From an uncultured Acidimicrobiia bacterium (lineage in GTDB: Bacteria > Acidobacteriota > Terriglobia > Versatilivoradales > Versatilivoraceae): DNA of 64,000 nt. Shown piece after piece: positions 38,445-49,045 of the stretch (position 1 is its first letter; each line of letters begins with the position of its first letter). A model generated the notes under the pieces. It was given only the letters and a program-made list of their open reading frames with translations, ran no database searches and had not been told where the DNA came from. A program made the position numbers and the translations under genes. The DNA lies in NCBI GenBank assembly GCA_963810905.1, contig CAWEPG010000002.1:242178-306177 (forward strand), in the 5' to 3' direction.

Positions 38445-39908
38445 TTACGGAGCACCCTCCAGTTTCAGACTGACAATCCTGGCATTACTTCTTGGTCGTA
38501 CAACCAGAAGCATGACGGCATCATCGGCCTTCAACCTGCTAACGACTTTTTGATAATCCATTAAGGAAGTCACCGGATGCTTGTTGATCTCTACGATAAC
38601 GTCCTCGACGGCTAGCCCAGCATCCGCCGCAGGGCTAATCGGATCCACTTTAATGATCATGACCCCCCCAGCGTTTTCGATCCGATAAGCCTTGCGCTTA
38701 TTCTCCGGCACCTCTTGAACCGTAATGCCGGCACGTCCTGTTCTAGAATCCGAAGAGAGCTGTGGCTTGGTCTCGATATCTGCCGGATGGATTGAGGTCT
38801 GAGCCAGGGATGGTCTTTCCCTCACCAGAACGGTAAACTCCATGGACTCATTATTCCGAATTCCCCGAAGGTGGAGCTCAGTGCCAGGAGATATCTGGGC
38901 TACTTTTCTTCGGAAGGCATCCCGATCGGAGACCTGTTCATCACCGATATGGGTAATCACATCGTAGCGTTTGATCCCAGCCCGCTCTGCTGCAGACATC
39001 GGGCTTACCTCCGATACCATGACTCCTTGGATCGACGGAAGCTGAAGTACCTTGGCAATATTCTCGTCAATCGGCTCCGGAGTTAGACCCAAGAAGCCGC
39101 GAATGACCCGTCCATGCTCTTCCAACTGCCTGACGATCAGTCGTGCTAGGTTAATGGGGATAGCAAATCCAATGTTTCTTCCCCGAGTACTGATCGCCGT
39201 GGTGATCGCCACGACTTCTCCGTTGGCATTAAACAGCGGGCCCCCGCTATTGCCAAAGTTAATGGCTGCGTCCGTCTGAACGTAGCTTTCATAAGGATTT
39301 TCGTCGATCTTACGGTCTTTAGCACTAACAACACCTACTGTTACTGAGTGCTCATAGTTGTATGGGTTCCCGACGGCCATGACCCAATCTCCGACGCGCA
39401 AATGATCGGAGTCCCCAAGACTGACTTTTTCCAGCCGCGACTTGGGCTTGACTTTCATTAATGCCAGATCTGTTTCCGGGTCGGCGCCGAGCAATTCAGC
39501 CGGGTATTCGCTGCCGTCATAGAAGCGAACCATAATATTGCGCGAATCCTCAATGACATGTTGATTCGTGACGATGAGCCCTCCAGATTCCACAACAAAA
39601 CCGGAGCCAAAACCTAGACTCTTGCGTTTCGAATTGTCATCCGGGCGCAATGGATACCAAAATTCGAGTTCGTCATGAACGTCATTGAGATCAACGATCT
39701 TGGTCGACACAACACTGACGACAGCGGGAGTTACTTTTTCTGCCACATCCGCAAAGGAAACCTGAGTCACACGGTCCACGGAAGGCGACGACAAAAATTT
39801 GAAACCCCTTATCCGGCGCTGCGACGAACTCCCCAACAAGAATCCCAGGATGATGGAAACGACAATCACAGATATCCATCGAATTGCTCGTATGCCACTG
39901 AAAGACAT
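38445..39908 (-). CDS. htrA: Periplasmic serine endoprotease DegP/HtrA (trypsin domain + 2 PDZ)
   Basis: GNSGGPL carries the catalytic Ser. His and Asp are in place. Two PDZ segments and an N-terminal TM/signal are present. Confidence 0.9.
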   Translation of the reverse strand: MSFSGIRAIRWISVIVVSIILGFLLGSSSQRRIRGFKFLSSPSVDRVTQVSFADVAEKVTPAVVSVVSTKIVDLNDVHDELEFWYPLRPDDNSKRKSLGFGSGFVVESGGLIVTNQHVIEDSRNIMVRFYDGSEYPAELLGADPETDLALMKVKPKSRLEKVSLGDSDHLRVGDWVMAVGNPYNYEHSVTVGVVSAKDRKIDENPYESYVQTDAAINFGNSGGPLFNANGEVVAITTAISTRGRNIGFAIPINLARLIVRQLEEHGRVIRGFLGLTPEPIDENIAKVLQLPSIQGVMVSEVSPMSAAERAGIKRYDVITHIGDEQVSDRDAFRRKVAQISPGTELHLRGIRNNESMEFTVLVRERPSLAQTSIHPADIETKPQLSSDSRTGRAGITVQEVPENKRKAYRIENAGGVMIIKVDPISPAADAGLAVEDVIVEINKHPVTSLMDYQKVVSRLKADDAVMLLVVRPRSNARIVSLKLEGAP

Positions 39909-40258
39909 TGAACTAACTCCAGAAGGATCTCAAAGGGGAATAGATGAATGCTCATCTCATTATATCGTCAAATCACCCACCAGAGCACAGACATTATCTT
40001 GCAACTGAATAAGGACAAACATCTGCGATGATCCAAAAGGGACTGTCTAGACATTTTAGAATACGAGAGACGTTTCCAAAGATGGCGCGCTGATCTATCC
40101 AGTTCTTCTATCATTGAATCATCCTGTCTTCGGAGTGCGGGAGCTTGCTGCCGCACTCCAATACCCCTAATCTTTTCCCCAAATCACCTCAAAGTCCACG
40201 TGAATCAGAATTTCTTCAAGCCATTCAAGGTGATCAGGACATCCCCCATTACGACTCA

Positions 40259-41638
40259 TTAACGTTCCGTCATGCCATAGTCCTTAAGCTTTTTCTGGAG
40301 TGTGCGCAAACCGATGCCAAGGAGTTGGGATGCCTTGAGACGATTTCCACCGGTCTTTTCTAGGGCTTTTACAATCGCTTGTTTCTCAATGGCCCCCATG
40401 CTTAAGTCCTCAAACACTGGAACGGATTGGTCTTGCTGAAGAGATTGCTTTTCGATCTTGGATAGAATATCTGCAGGCAGATCCTCGATATTCAGGCGGT
40501 CCCCTCTTGAAAAAATAACCAGATTTTCAATCAGATTTTTAAGCTCGCGAACATTTCCCGGCCAAGGGTATTTGGCCAATACCTCCATGGCATCCGGGGA
40601 GACCTGAGAAACCGTTTTGTGATGTTCGCCGGAGAACTGTTGGACGAAATGTGACACAAGGAGGGGAATGTCCTCTTGTCTTTCACGCAGTGGTGGAACA
40701 TGAAGAGTGACTACCTTGAGTCTAAAGTAAAGATCGCTCCTGAAGATGCCTTTCTCAACGGCCTGGCTCAAATCCCGATTGGTCGCAGCCATCAAACGGA
40801 CATCCAGCTTTATCGCTACATTCCCTCCGACACGCATGATCTCGCGGGTCTCTAGAAATCGTAATAACTTCACCTGCATTTCCAGGGGGATCTCACCTAT
40901 TTCGTCCAGAAAGAGAGTTCCACGGTCGGCTAATTCCAGCTTCCCGACACGTCTCTCCATCGCTCCTGTAAAAGATCCTTTTTCGAATCCAAAGAGCTCA
41001 CTTTCCAGCAGCGACGCACTTAAGGCAGCACAATTTAATGGAAGGAAGTTTTCTTTTCGCCGCGGGCTATTGTCGTGGATCGTCTGAGCCAGCAGATCTT
41101 TCCCCGTTCCACTTTCTCCCAGCAGCAATATCGTTGACCGAGTAGGCGCGACCGTTGCCGCTTGTTTAAGCAGATCTTGCATCACGGCGGACTGCCCAAC
41201 CATTTTGTCAGTCCCCAGATGACTCAGCATCTGGCGTCGCAAGGTACGGAGTTCATTACGTGGTCTGCGGTGTTCCAGGATCTGCCGGACGCGGTCGCGA
41301 AGTTCAAAAAGGTCTAGAGGTTTTAAGATGTAGTCATCAGCTCCCGATTTGAGAGCCTCCACGGCTGTTTCGACCGTTCCATGCCCGGTCACGATTAGGA
41401 AGCCCGCCTCCGGATTGACTTCGCGAACTTTCTTGAGCAATTGGACGCCATCAACCCCGGGCATCTTGAGATCACTGACGAAGAGATCCACATCTTTACA
41501 AGCATCGATTTGCTGCAGTGCTGTTTCACCGTCTTCAAAGCTGAGTACCTCGTATCCAACTTTTCGCAGCGCACGGCTAATGGAAGCCAGGCTTTCACTT
41601 TCGTCATCCACTACGGCAATGTTGTATGGTCTATCCAT
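40259..41638 (-). CDS. Sigma-54-dependent response regulator (NtrC family: receiver + AAA+ + HTH)
   Basis: MDRPYNIAVVDDE is the receiver domain. GESGTGK is the Walker A motif and GSFTGA the sigma-54 contact. There is a C-terminal Fis-type HTH. The ORF-track N-terminal extension to 41737 overlaps a repeat and was rejected. Confidence 0.9.
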   Translation of the reverse strand: MDRPYNIAVVDDESESLASISRALRKVGYEVLSFEDGETALQQIDACKDVDLFVSDLKMPGVDGVQLLKKVREVNPEAGFLIVTGHGTVETAVEALKSGADDYILKPLDLFELRDRVRQILEHRRPRNELRTLRRQMLSHLGTDKMVGQSAVMQDLLKQAATVAPTRSTILLLGESGTGKDLLAQTIHDNSPRRKENFLPLNCAALSASLLESELFGFEKGSFTGAMERRVGKLELADRGTLFLDEIGEIPLEMQVKLLRFLETREIMRVGGNVAIKLDVRLMAATNRDLSQAVEKGIFRSDLYFRLKVVTLHVPPLRERQEDIPLLVSHFVQQFSGEHHKTVSQVSPDAMEVLAKYPWPGNVRELKNLIENLVIFSRGDRLNIEDLPADILSKIEKQSLQQDQSVPVFEDLSMGAIEKQAIVKALEKTGGNRLKASQLLGIGLRTLQKKLKDYGMTER

Positions 41639-41699
41639 TTCTCGTGATTTCCACCTGATGGCACCAATAATTTTGAGGGTGCCCAGTCCACTATGGGGC

Positions 41700-41845
41700 A
41701 AAATCAGTAGACGTCGTCGCGGAGCTCCGCCCTCCAACCATCGAATTAATTACATGCTGGAGGGTCGAGCTCCTGCGAGATCGGATGAAAGCAATGGTGG
41801 AACGCTCGCGTGGGACGCGGTCCACGCGCGCTCCACCTGATAGCG
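41700..41845. repeat. MITE-like repeat, copy 3 (ends 41714-41736 and 41757-41782 form a ~70-bp near-perfect hairpin)
   Basis: TCGCGGAGCTCCGCCCTCCA ... TGGAGGGTCGAGCTCCTGCGAGA. Confidence 0.65.
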
Positions 41846-41926
41846 GCGTCCACCTTTCAGATATACTTCCATGACCAATCGGGCTTCGGGGATTCAGCCG
41901 ATGGACTCAATCTGTTCGACCCGATA

Positions 41927-42136
41927 CTAACTTTCCGGGGTCTCAATACTTTCCCGACTCTCACGAACAACTACCTTTTCCAGAAGTCTGCCCTTCTTTG
42001 ATTGGATTACTTTCCCGGTTCGGGTCTTGAGCAACTCGCGACTCAGCTTTTTGACCTGTTTCACCGGATCAAAGGATTTCTTCCGCTTTCTCATGAGCTC
42101 TATCCACCCGCCAATGATAGCGCTATTTGTTTCCAA
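41927..42136 (-). CDS. Small lysine-rich hypothetical protein (doubtful)
   Basis: 69-aa ORF between two repeat-containing spacers. No family was recognised. Confidence 0.2.
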   Translation of the reverse strand: METNSAIIGGWIELMRKRKKSFDPVKQVKKLSRELLKTRTGKVIQSKKGRLLEKVVVRESRESIETPES

Positions 42137-42310
42137 ACAATGAAGATTCCTCTATTGTCTTGAAACAAATCAATTATTTTTTTCAATGCGGCAATTTTCG
42201 TTTTGTTATCATTACTCGAATGTCTGAGAAGCAAATCTCTTATCCCGCGGCTAATCTAGAAGTGGGAGAATGAACGAAAGATAATCCATTCCCCGGATTG
42301 AGGAGTCCTC

Positions 42311-42790
42311 ATGAACCATTCCGCATTCCTGTTTACCCTTCCCATACTCCTATTCACAAGTCTATCCGTTTCAGCCGCTGAGTACCCGCGTGTCATTGAG
42401 AAACTTTCATGGCTCTCCGGTTGTTGGGAGGAAAGAAAAGAGAGCAAATCCATTGAAGAATTTTGGACAAAACCAAATGGCCAAACCATGCTCGGGTTGA
42501 GTCGGGTGATCAAGAATGGCAAGACAGTTTCTTTCGAATTCATGCGCCTTGTCGAAACAGAAGCAGGGATTGACTTCATCGCCCTACCCTCAGGGCAAGA
42601 GCAAGCGTCCTTACATCTGGCCGGTCCAGCCTCCGAAGAATTGGCGTTTGAGAACCCAAATCATGATTTTCCACAAAAAATCATTTACCGAAAAGTGTCT
42701 GACAAAGAAATTTTCGCCAGAATTGAAGGAAAAGAAAAAGGAATTAGCCGCCATATGGATTTTGCCTACAAACGAGTCCCGTGCGATTGA
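42311..42790 (+). CDS. Secreted hypothetical protein
   Basis: Signal peptide MNHSAFLFTLPILLFTSLSVSAA, 159 aa. Confidence 0.5.
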   Translation: MNHSAFLFTLPILLFTSLSVSAAEYPRVIEKLSWLSGCWEERKESKSIEEFWTKPNGQTMLGLSRVIKNGKTVSFEFMRLVETEAGIDFIALPSGQEQASLHLAGPASEELAFENPNHDFPQKIIYRKVSDKEIFARIEGKEKGISRHMDFAYKRVPCD

Positions 42791-42941
42791 ACAAAATCCC
42801 TTAAATCTTCCCTCTCACATATCTTTGTCTGAAGGGCAATCGCCTTGACAGTTCGGCCTGCTTCTACTGATAATGGAATAAGTATCAGATGATGTCTTTG
42901 CGCAAGATAGAGCCATTAGGAAGTAATCCTGAAGGGAGTAG

Positions 42942-43268
42942 ATGATGCGTAAGTCACTTACCTTGCTATGGGTTTGCCTGTTTGCGTTCAGCTTGGATGC
43001 CTTCGCAGGAACGAAAGGGGAATGGGTTGGATGGCTTTCTGACGCGAAATGTGCAGCCAACGGGGCCAAGGCGTCTCACAAAGGTTGCACGCTCAAGTGC
43101 GTCGAAGCAGGTCAAGCCATTGTCTTTGTGAAAGAGGACGATAAGAAAGTTTACATGCTGGAGAACCTTGAAAAAGTAAAGCCATTATTGGGAGACAGGG
43201 TTCAGCTCAGCGGCTCCCTGGAAGGTGACACCATAAAGGTGGACTCTGTTAGGAAAGCAACCGAATAG
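42942..43268 (+). CDS. Small secreted cysteine-containing hypothetical protein
   Basis: Signal peptide, 108 aa, four Cys. Confidence 0.45.
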   Translation: MMRKSLTLLWVCLFAFSLDAFAGTKGEWVGWLSDAKCAANGAKASHKGCTLKCVEAGQAIVFVKEDDKKVYMLENLEKVKPLLGDRVQLSGSLEGDTIKVDSVRKATE

Positions 43269-43281
43269 GGAGGCTGGGGCT

Positions 43282-44658
43282 GTGATCAGACTGGATGCCG
43301 ACAAGCCCGTACATTTTTGTGATGGGTTCAACCGGCGCGATTTTTTACATGCGGGCGCTCTGGGACTATTAGGGTTCGGTCTGACCGATTTCTTCACATT
43401 GAAAGCTCAGGGGGCAATTCCTGAAGATAAAGAATTGAATGTGATCCAGTTGTTTCTGGTTGGAGGCCCGAGTCAGTTGGACACCTGGGACATGAAACCG
43501 GATGCTCCGTCCGAAATCCGCGGACCTTACAAACCCATCAAAACCAATGTTCCCGGTATCGAGATTTCAGAGATCTTCCCTCGCATGGCGCAATGTGCTG
43601 ACAAGTACACACTGGTCCGTAGTGTCTATCATACAGCGGCTGCCGTTCACGATACGGGCCACCAAATGATGCAGACTGGACGTCTTTTTCAAGGTGGAAT
43701 TGTCTCTCCACATTTTGGAAGTGTCATGGCCTGGAAAAAGGGAGGCCGCGGGGCCATCCCGCCCCATGTTCTTCTCCCGCGCCCCATCGGCAATACTGGA
43801 GGGGGTCTGCCCCATGGCCAAGATGCAGGTTTTCTCGGGAAGATGTACGACCCATTTGTATTGAACGCGGATCCATCAGACCCTAATTTCAAAGTGCCAG
43901 ACATGCTTCCTCCCGACTACATCTCAGCCTTACGCGCAGACCGGCGACGGGACTGGCGGGTGATGATTGATCAAACGGTCAAAGATTTCGAATCTGCTCC
44001 CGACGCAAAGTTATTCAATACGAATTTTAACCAAGCCTATGGCCTCATGTCTTCTACCCAAGCTCGTGAGGCTTTCGAGATCTATCGTGAGCCGGATAAG
44101 GTTCGGGACAGCTATGGCCGAAACCGGTTTGGGCAGAGTTGTCTACTTTCACGTCGCTTGATTGAAGCTGGGGTACGTTATGTGACCGTCAATATGTTTG
44201 AAACAGTATTTGATGAGATCACCTGGGATATCCATGGTTCTCGACCGTTCAGCCCTATCAGTTGCTATCGAGACCTGGTAGGTCCCATGTTTGATCATGC
44301 CTTCACTTCGCTTATCCAGGATCTCTCCCAGCGCGGCTTGCTGGAAAAGACTCTGGTTGTGGCCACCGGCGAATTCGGACGGACTCCAAAGGTGAACCCT
44401 GCCGGAGGCCGAGACCATTGGCCGGCCTGCTGGACGATGATTTTTGCGGGGGGAGGCATCAAGGGTGGCCAAATCGTTGGCGCCTCGGATGAAATCGGAG
44501 GCGCTCCCAAGGACCGACCGGTTTCCCCTTCCCAGGTTGCAGCAACAATTTACCAATTGATGGGGTTCGATCTGGAAACCTTCCTGCCAGCGCAGCTGGG
44601 ACGAATTGTTCCTCTAGTCGATAACAATGCCCAACCGATCAAAGAGCTGTTCGCGTAG
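43282..44658 (+). CDS. DUF1501 (sulfatase-like) protein with Tat signal
   Basis: RRDFLHAGALGLLGFGL is a twin-arginine signal. The conserved GGGIKGGQIVGASDEIG is present. Confidence 0.85.
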   Translation: MIRLDADKPVHFCDGFNRRDFLHAGALGLLGFGLTDFFTLKAQGAIPEDKELNVIQLFLVGGPSQLDTWDMKPDAPSEIRGPYKPIKTNVPGIEISEIFPRMAQCADKYTLVRSVYHTAAAVHDTGHQMMQTGRLFQGGIVSPHFGSVMAWKKGGRGAIPPHVLLPRPIGNTGGGLPHGQDAGFLGKMYDPFVLNADPSDPNFKVPDMLPPDYISALRADRRRDWRVMIDQTVKDFESAPDAKLFNTNFNQAYGLMSSTQAREAFEIYREPDKVRDSYGRNRFGQSCLLSRRLIEAGVRYVTVNMFETVFDEITWDIHGSRPFSPISCYRDLVGPMFDHAFTSLIQDLSQRGLLEKTLVVATGEFGRTPKVNPAGGRDHWPACWTMIFAGGGIKGGQIVGASDEIGGAPKDRPVSPSQVAATIYQLMGFDLETFLPAQLGRIVPLVDNNAQPIKELFA

Positions 44659-44739
44659 CTAGACGAAGTCATGAAGCTGACGAACTGAATTTTGGAATCG
44701 TACACTGATACTAGATGCATTAAATATTGTTTGCCAGTA

Positions 44740-44990
44740 ATTCTTTTCCCCCGTTCAAGTCCCCTTGTGCAAGGGGGGACGATGATGTACTTGCTTCCCC
44801 CTGAAGGTGTGAAAGGATCCGTTTCGGTATTGCAATGCCTAGTGCCTCCCTTGGTTAAGGGGGACTCCAGGGGGTTCGTCCAGTAAGAATTACGACCACC
44901 CCCTCGCCCCCCTCCTTACCAAAGAGGGGAACCAAAATTGAATCTCTTCACACCTTCCCTTAACAAGGGAGGATTTGAAGGGTTCATGTT
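44740..44990. repeat. G/C-run hairpin cluster (TCCCCTTGTGCAAGGGGGGA; CCCTTGGTTAAGGG; CCTTCCCTTAACAAGGGAGG)
   Basis: At least four short perfect hairpins are present. The block CCCCCTCGCCCCCCTCC is shared with 3825-3845. Confidence 0.5.
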
Positions 44991-45010
44991 GAGCTGAGGT
45001 TATTCATTCA

Positions 45011-47518
45011 ATGAGTTGGAAATCCTTTTATCGTCTTTTATTTCTCCCGGCAGCAGGCCTCCTTTTCTGCGCGCATGCAAATCTATACGCACTGAATTCC
45101 GAAACTCAAACCGAACCTTCTGCTCCGCTTGTAGAAATTAAAATCTTCCCTTCTGAAATCCTCTTAGGGGGGCCGCGCAGCAGTCAACGAATTCTGGTGC
45201 AGGGTTATTATGCGGATGGTTACTCAGAAGATTTGACTGAGAAAGCTCGTCTGCAAACACCGGATTCAAAAACCATTAAGATCGAATCGTTCACCGTCTA
45301 CCCGATTTCAAGTGGAACGACGACTCTTGAAGCAACCATCGGTAATCGGACAACCACGGCAAGAGTTCAGACGAGTAACATCGAAAAACCGGCCGCGTGG
45401 AATTTTCGCAATGATGTCATTCCGGTTTTGACCAAGTCTGGCTGTAATATGGGCGCTTGTCATGGGGCAGCGGTTGGCAAGAATGGTTTCAAATTAACGC
45501 TTCGCGGCTACGATCCGGAGGCCGATTACAAAGTTCTTACCCGGGAGGCTATTGGACGACGGATTGATCCGCAAGAGCCAGCCAGGAGCTTGCTCCTTCT
45601 TAAACCTACTCTGTCGATCCCGCATGCCGGAGGGCAACGATTCGCGGTCGATTCTAAGGAATATCAAATCTTGTCTGAGTGGATCTCCGAGGGTATGAAA
45701 CCGCCGTCCCTTCAAGATCATAAAATCACGCGGATCTCGATCGAACCTCGCTCCTTGAAACTTCGCTTGGGCACCAAACAGCAACTGCTCGTGCTGGCTA
45801 ATTTCGAAAACGGTCAGCGTGAGGATATGACGCGTTGGGTTCGGTTTGAATCGACAAACTCAGGTGCCGCCATTGTAGATGATCGAGGGTTGGTGCAGAT
45901 GAAGGGTTCTGGAGAGGCCGGTATCACTGCAATGGTTCTGAGTAAGGTTGATGTCGCTAGCCTAATCGTCCCTTTCCCCAACCAGATTCCAGAAGCTGCC
46001 TACCAGCAATCTCAAAAGAACAATTTCATCGACCAGTTCGTGATCGACAAGCTGAAAATGTTGAATCTTGAACCTTCCGGTTTGTCGACAGACAGCGAAT
46101 TTATGCGGCGCGCCTATATCGATGCGACAGGCACTCTGCCCACTGCTGCCGAGACCAAAGCATTCCTGTCGGACTCGGCCACCGACAAGCGAGCCCAGTT
46201 GATTGATCACTTGCTCGCGAGCGACGCCTACGTCGACTACTGGGCCTACAAATGGTCTGACCTCTTATTGGTGTCGGCAGGAAGAACTTTAACCGGAAAA
46301 CTGACAACCCCCGCCGTCCGGTCCTTTTATCAATGGATCCGTGATTCCGTCCAGCAAAACAAGCCTTGGAACCAAATGGTCCGGGAAATGTATGTTTCTT
46401 CTGGAAGCAGCCGTGACAACGGAGGGCTCAACTTCTACCAACTCCACAAGGACCCCATTGGCCTGTCGGAAACGACGACTGTTGCGTTCATGGGTTTGAG
46501 GTTGACCTGCGCCCGCTGCCATAACCATCCTTTAGAGAAGTACACCCAGGTTGACTATTACCGAATGGCTAATCTTTTTGCTCGGGTAAAACAAAAAACC
46601 GGTGACAACCCCGGTGAAATCATTGTTTTCAATTCTGAAGCTGGGGACATTGATCATCCCCGCCTGAACAGACCTCTGCCCCCGGCTCCGCTGGATGCCA
46701 AGGAAATCCCTCTCACCGCCAATGGACGACGTGAGGTCTTGGCCGATTGGCTAACTTCTCCTGAAAACAAGGCTTTCTCCCGGACGATCGTAAATCGAGT
46801 TTGGGGGAATTATATGGGACGGGGACTGGTGGATCCTGTCGATGACCTTCGCTCAACCAATCCGCCCTCCAATGAACCTCTCATGAATGCTCTAGTGGAG
46901 GACTTCGTCCAGCATGGATATGACATCAAACATTTGGCCCGGACGATCATGAATTCTACTGCCTATCAGCGTTCCTGGAAAACGACCCCCAATAACGTGA
47001 ACGATGATCGCTACTATTCGCATTACCTCATCAAACGGCTCCCGGCCGAAGTTTTGCTGGATGCTGTTTCCCAAATTAGTGAAGTCCCCACACGTTTTGA
47101 TGATTTCCCCGTGGGCACGCGGGCACTTCAATTGCCCGACACGGCCCCCATTGCCTCCTATTTTCTCGACGCATTCGGTCGCCCTGAACGCGTCAACACC
47201 TGCGCGTGTGAACGCGATTCACAGCCCAATCTGCGCCAGGCGTTACACATCATTAATGGTGACACGATCAATAAGAAGCTGAGTGCCAAGGGAAGTCTAA
47301 TCGATAAGGCAGTTCAATCCGGTGTGTCGAACAGCCAATTTGTGGAACAACTTTACCTCGCGGCTTTCAGCCGGTATCCCTCAGAAAAGGAGCAATCGAC
47401 AGCTCTCAAAGCTCTGCAGAACGCTTCGGATGAAAACAGGCCGGAAGCAAAAAAAGAGGCGCTGGAAGATTTCACCTGGGCAATGTTGACAGGAAGAGAA
47501 TTCATCTTTAATCACTGA
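45011..47518 (+). CDS. DUF1549/DUF1553 (PSCyt2/PSD1) domain protein with N-terminal Ig-like domains
   Basis: LTCARCHNHPLEKYTQVDYY is the family hallmark. A signal peptide is present. Confidence 0.8.
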   Translation: MSWKSFYRLLFLPAAGLLFCAHANLYALNSETQTEPSAPLVEIKIFPSEILLGGPRSSQRILVQGYYADGYSEDLTEKARLQTPDSKTIKIESFTVYPISSGTTTLEATIGNRTTTARVQTSNIEKPAAWNFRNDVIPVLTKSGCNMGACHGAAVGKNGFKLTLRGYDPEADYKVLTREAIGRRIDPQEPARSLLLLKPTLSIPHAGGQRFAVDSKEYQILSEWISEGMKPPSLQDHKITRISIEPRSLKLRLGTKQQLLVLANFENGQREDMTRWVRFESTNSGAAIVDDRGLVQMKGSGEAGITAMVLSKVDVASLIVPFPNQIPEAAYQQSQKNNFIDQFVIDKLKMLNLEPSGLSTDSEFMRRAYIDATGTLPTAAETKAFLSDSATDKRAQLIDHLLASDAYVDYWAYKWSDLLLVSAGRTLTGKLTTPAVRSFYQWIRDSVQQNKPWNQMVREMYVSSGSSRDNGGLNFYQLHKDPIGLSETTTVAFMGLRLTCARCHNHPLEKYTQVDYYRMANLFARVKQKTGDNPGEIIVFNSEAGDIDHPRLNRPLPPAPLDAKEIPLTANGRREVLADWLTSPENKAFSRTIVNRVWGNYMGRGLVDPVDDLRSTNPPSNEPLMNALVEDFVQHGYDIKHLARTIMNSTAYQRSWKTTPNNVNDDRYYSHYLIKRLPAEVLLDAVSQISEVPTRFDDFPVGTRALQLPDTAPIASYFLDAFGRPERVNTCACERDSQPNLRQALHIINGDTINKKLSAKGSLIDKAVQSGVSNSQFVEQLYLAAFSRYPSEKEQSTALKALQNASDENRPEAKKEALEDFTWAMLTGREFIFNH

Positions 47519-47532
47519 AGAGGATCTTGAAT

Positions 47533-48988
47533 ATGAGAAGTAGAGTCCTGCCTATTATGTTGATCGCTCGTTCCATATTTATTGATTTTCTGGTGATCTC
47601 TCTTCCTCTGGTTTACTTCCAGGGGATCATCTTCGCCCAAAACACCACTGAGGCCAGCAAGAAATATCACGAGATCACTCCTGAAACGCAGATCAGTTAC
47701 TCCGGTCAAGTAGTTCCCATCATTCAGGCTAAATGTCTGGCCTGCCATTCCGAGTCTGCGAAAATGGGCGGATTTGTTCTAGCGGATTACGAATCTTTGA
47801 TGAAGGGTGGAAGCAAAGGGAAAGCCGTTATTCCTGGGCACAGCCAGGAAAGCCGGCTATTGCAAATGCTTGAAGGCAATATCCAGCCGCGGATGCCCTT
47901 GGGCGGGGCCTTAGAAGAGCAAGAGATTAACATCATTCGTTATTGGATCGACCAAGGCGCGAAGCTTGATCAGGAAGCTAGCCCCACCCAAAGCCTGAAA
48001 GAGCCCGTTATCCCTAACATCAAAGCGGCTCCCCTTCCCCCTCAAGTGGGCTCCGTAGCTTATTCACCCGATGGTTCCATCATTGCCGCCGGCAAATATG
48101 GAGAGGTTGTTTTTTTCGACGCCACAACTCGCCAGAAATTAGGCAAGTTAACCGGTCTCACGGAAGCAGTCCGATCGATGGCCTTTTCGCCCGACGGCAA
48201 ATACTTTGCCACGGGCGCCGGACGGCCTGCCCAGGAGGGTGAAATCAAGATATGGGAAACCGGTAAAGAATTCTGGAACCACCCCCCTTCTCATACCATC
48301 AAGGCCCATCGCGATTGCGTTTATGCCGTAGCGTTCTCTCCAGACAATAAACTGCTGGCTTCCACCAGCTACGATCACATGATTTATCTCTGGGACCCGG
48401 CTACAGGCCAGCAGGTCAAACCGTTGAAGGAACATACTGATTCCGTCTTCGATCTGGCATTTTCTCCGGACGGTAAATGGCTTGCTTCAGGAGGGGCTGA
48501 TCGAACGGTTAAACTCTGGAACATCGAAAGCGGAAAACGAATTTTCACTTTGGGTAGTTCTACGGAAGGAGTCAACACAGTCGTCGTTTCACCCGTCAAG
48601 CAAATGGGTGGCTGCTAGCGGGTTTGATCGGACCATTCGGGTCTGGGATCTTACGGGAAAAGGTCCGGAGCCTGTAGAAATTTTTTCGACAATCGCTCAT
48701 GAAGCAGCCATCTTGAGACTAGCCTACTCACCCGATGGCGAATGGCTGGTGAGCACGGGATGGGATAAGCTGGTAAAAGTGTGGAATGCTAAAACGATGG
48801 AACAGGCTACTCTTCTTCCCACACAGAGCGACTGGGTCCTTTCAATCTGCTTTTCCCCCAACGGGAAACAACTGATCTTAGGCCGGTATGACGGAAGCAT
48901 TGGAATTTACGATACGGCGAACTATCAGCTGATTGGAGAACTCCTTGGTGAGCCATACAAGCAGCAGGCAGGTCTGAAAGGGAATTGA
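47533..48988 (+). CDS. Planctomycete cytochrome-c-like (PSCyt1, KCLACH) domain fused to WD40 repeats; frameshift ~48590-48600
   Basis: A CxxCH motif is present. The WD40 blades continue in the +1 frame at 48482-48988. Confidence 0.7.
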
Positions 48989-49045
48989 TTTATTTCCCAT
49001 TTTTCATCGTTCATTTTCTATTTACCATTTTAAACCCGAGCAACA

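Noticed and set aside
39909-40258. Looked for a sigma-54 promoter (TGGCAC-N5-TTGCA) between the response regulator and htrA.
   Set aside because: No match with correct spacing on the relevant strand. Only a TTGCA with GAGCAC 10 nt upstream, which is the wrong spacing.
41638-41737. N-terminal 33-aa extension of the sigma-54 response regulator (MEGGAPRRRLLILPHSG...).
   Set aside because: The extension is encoded by the MITE-like repeat. The receiver domain starts at the internal Met (MDRPYNIAVVDDE).
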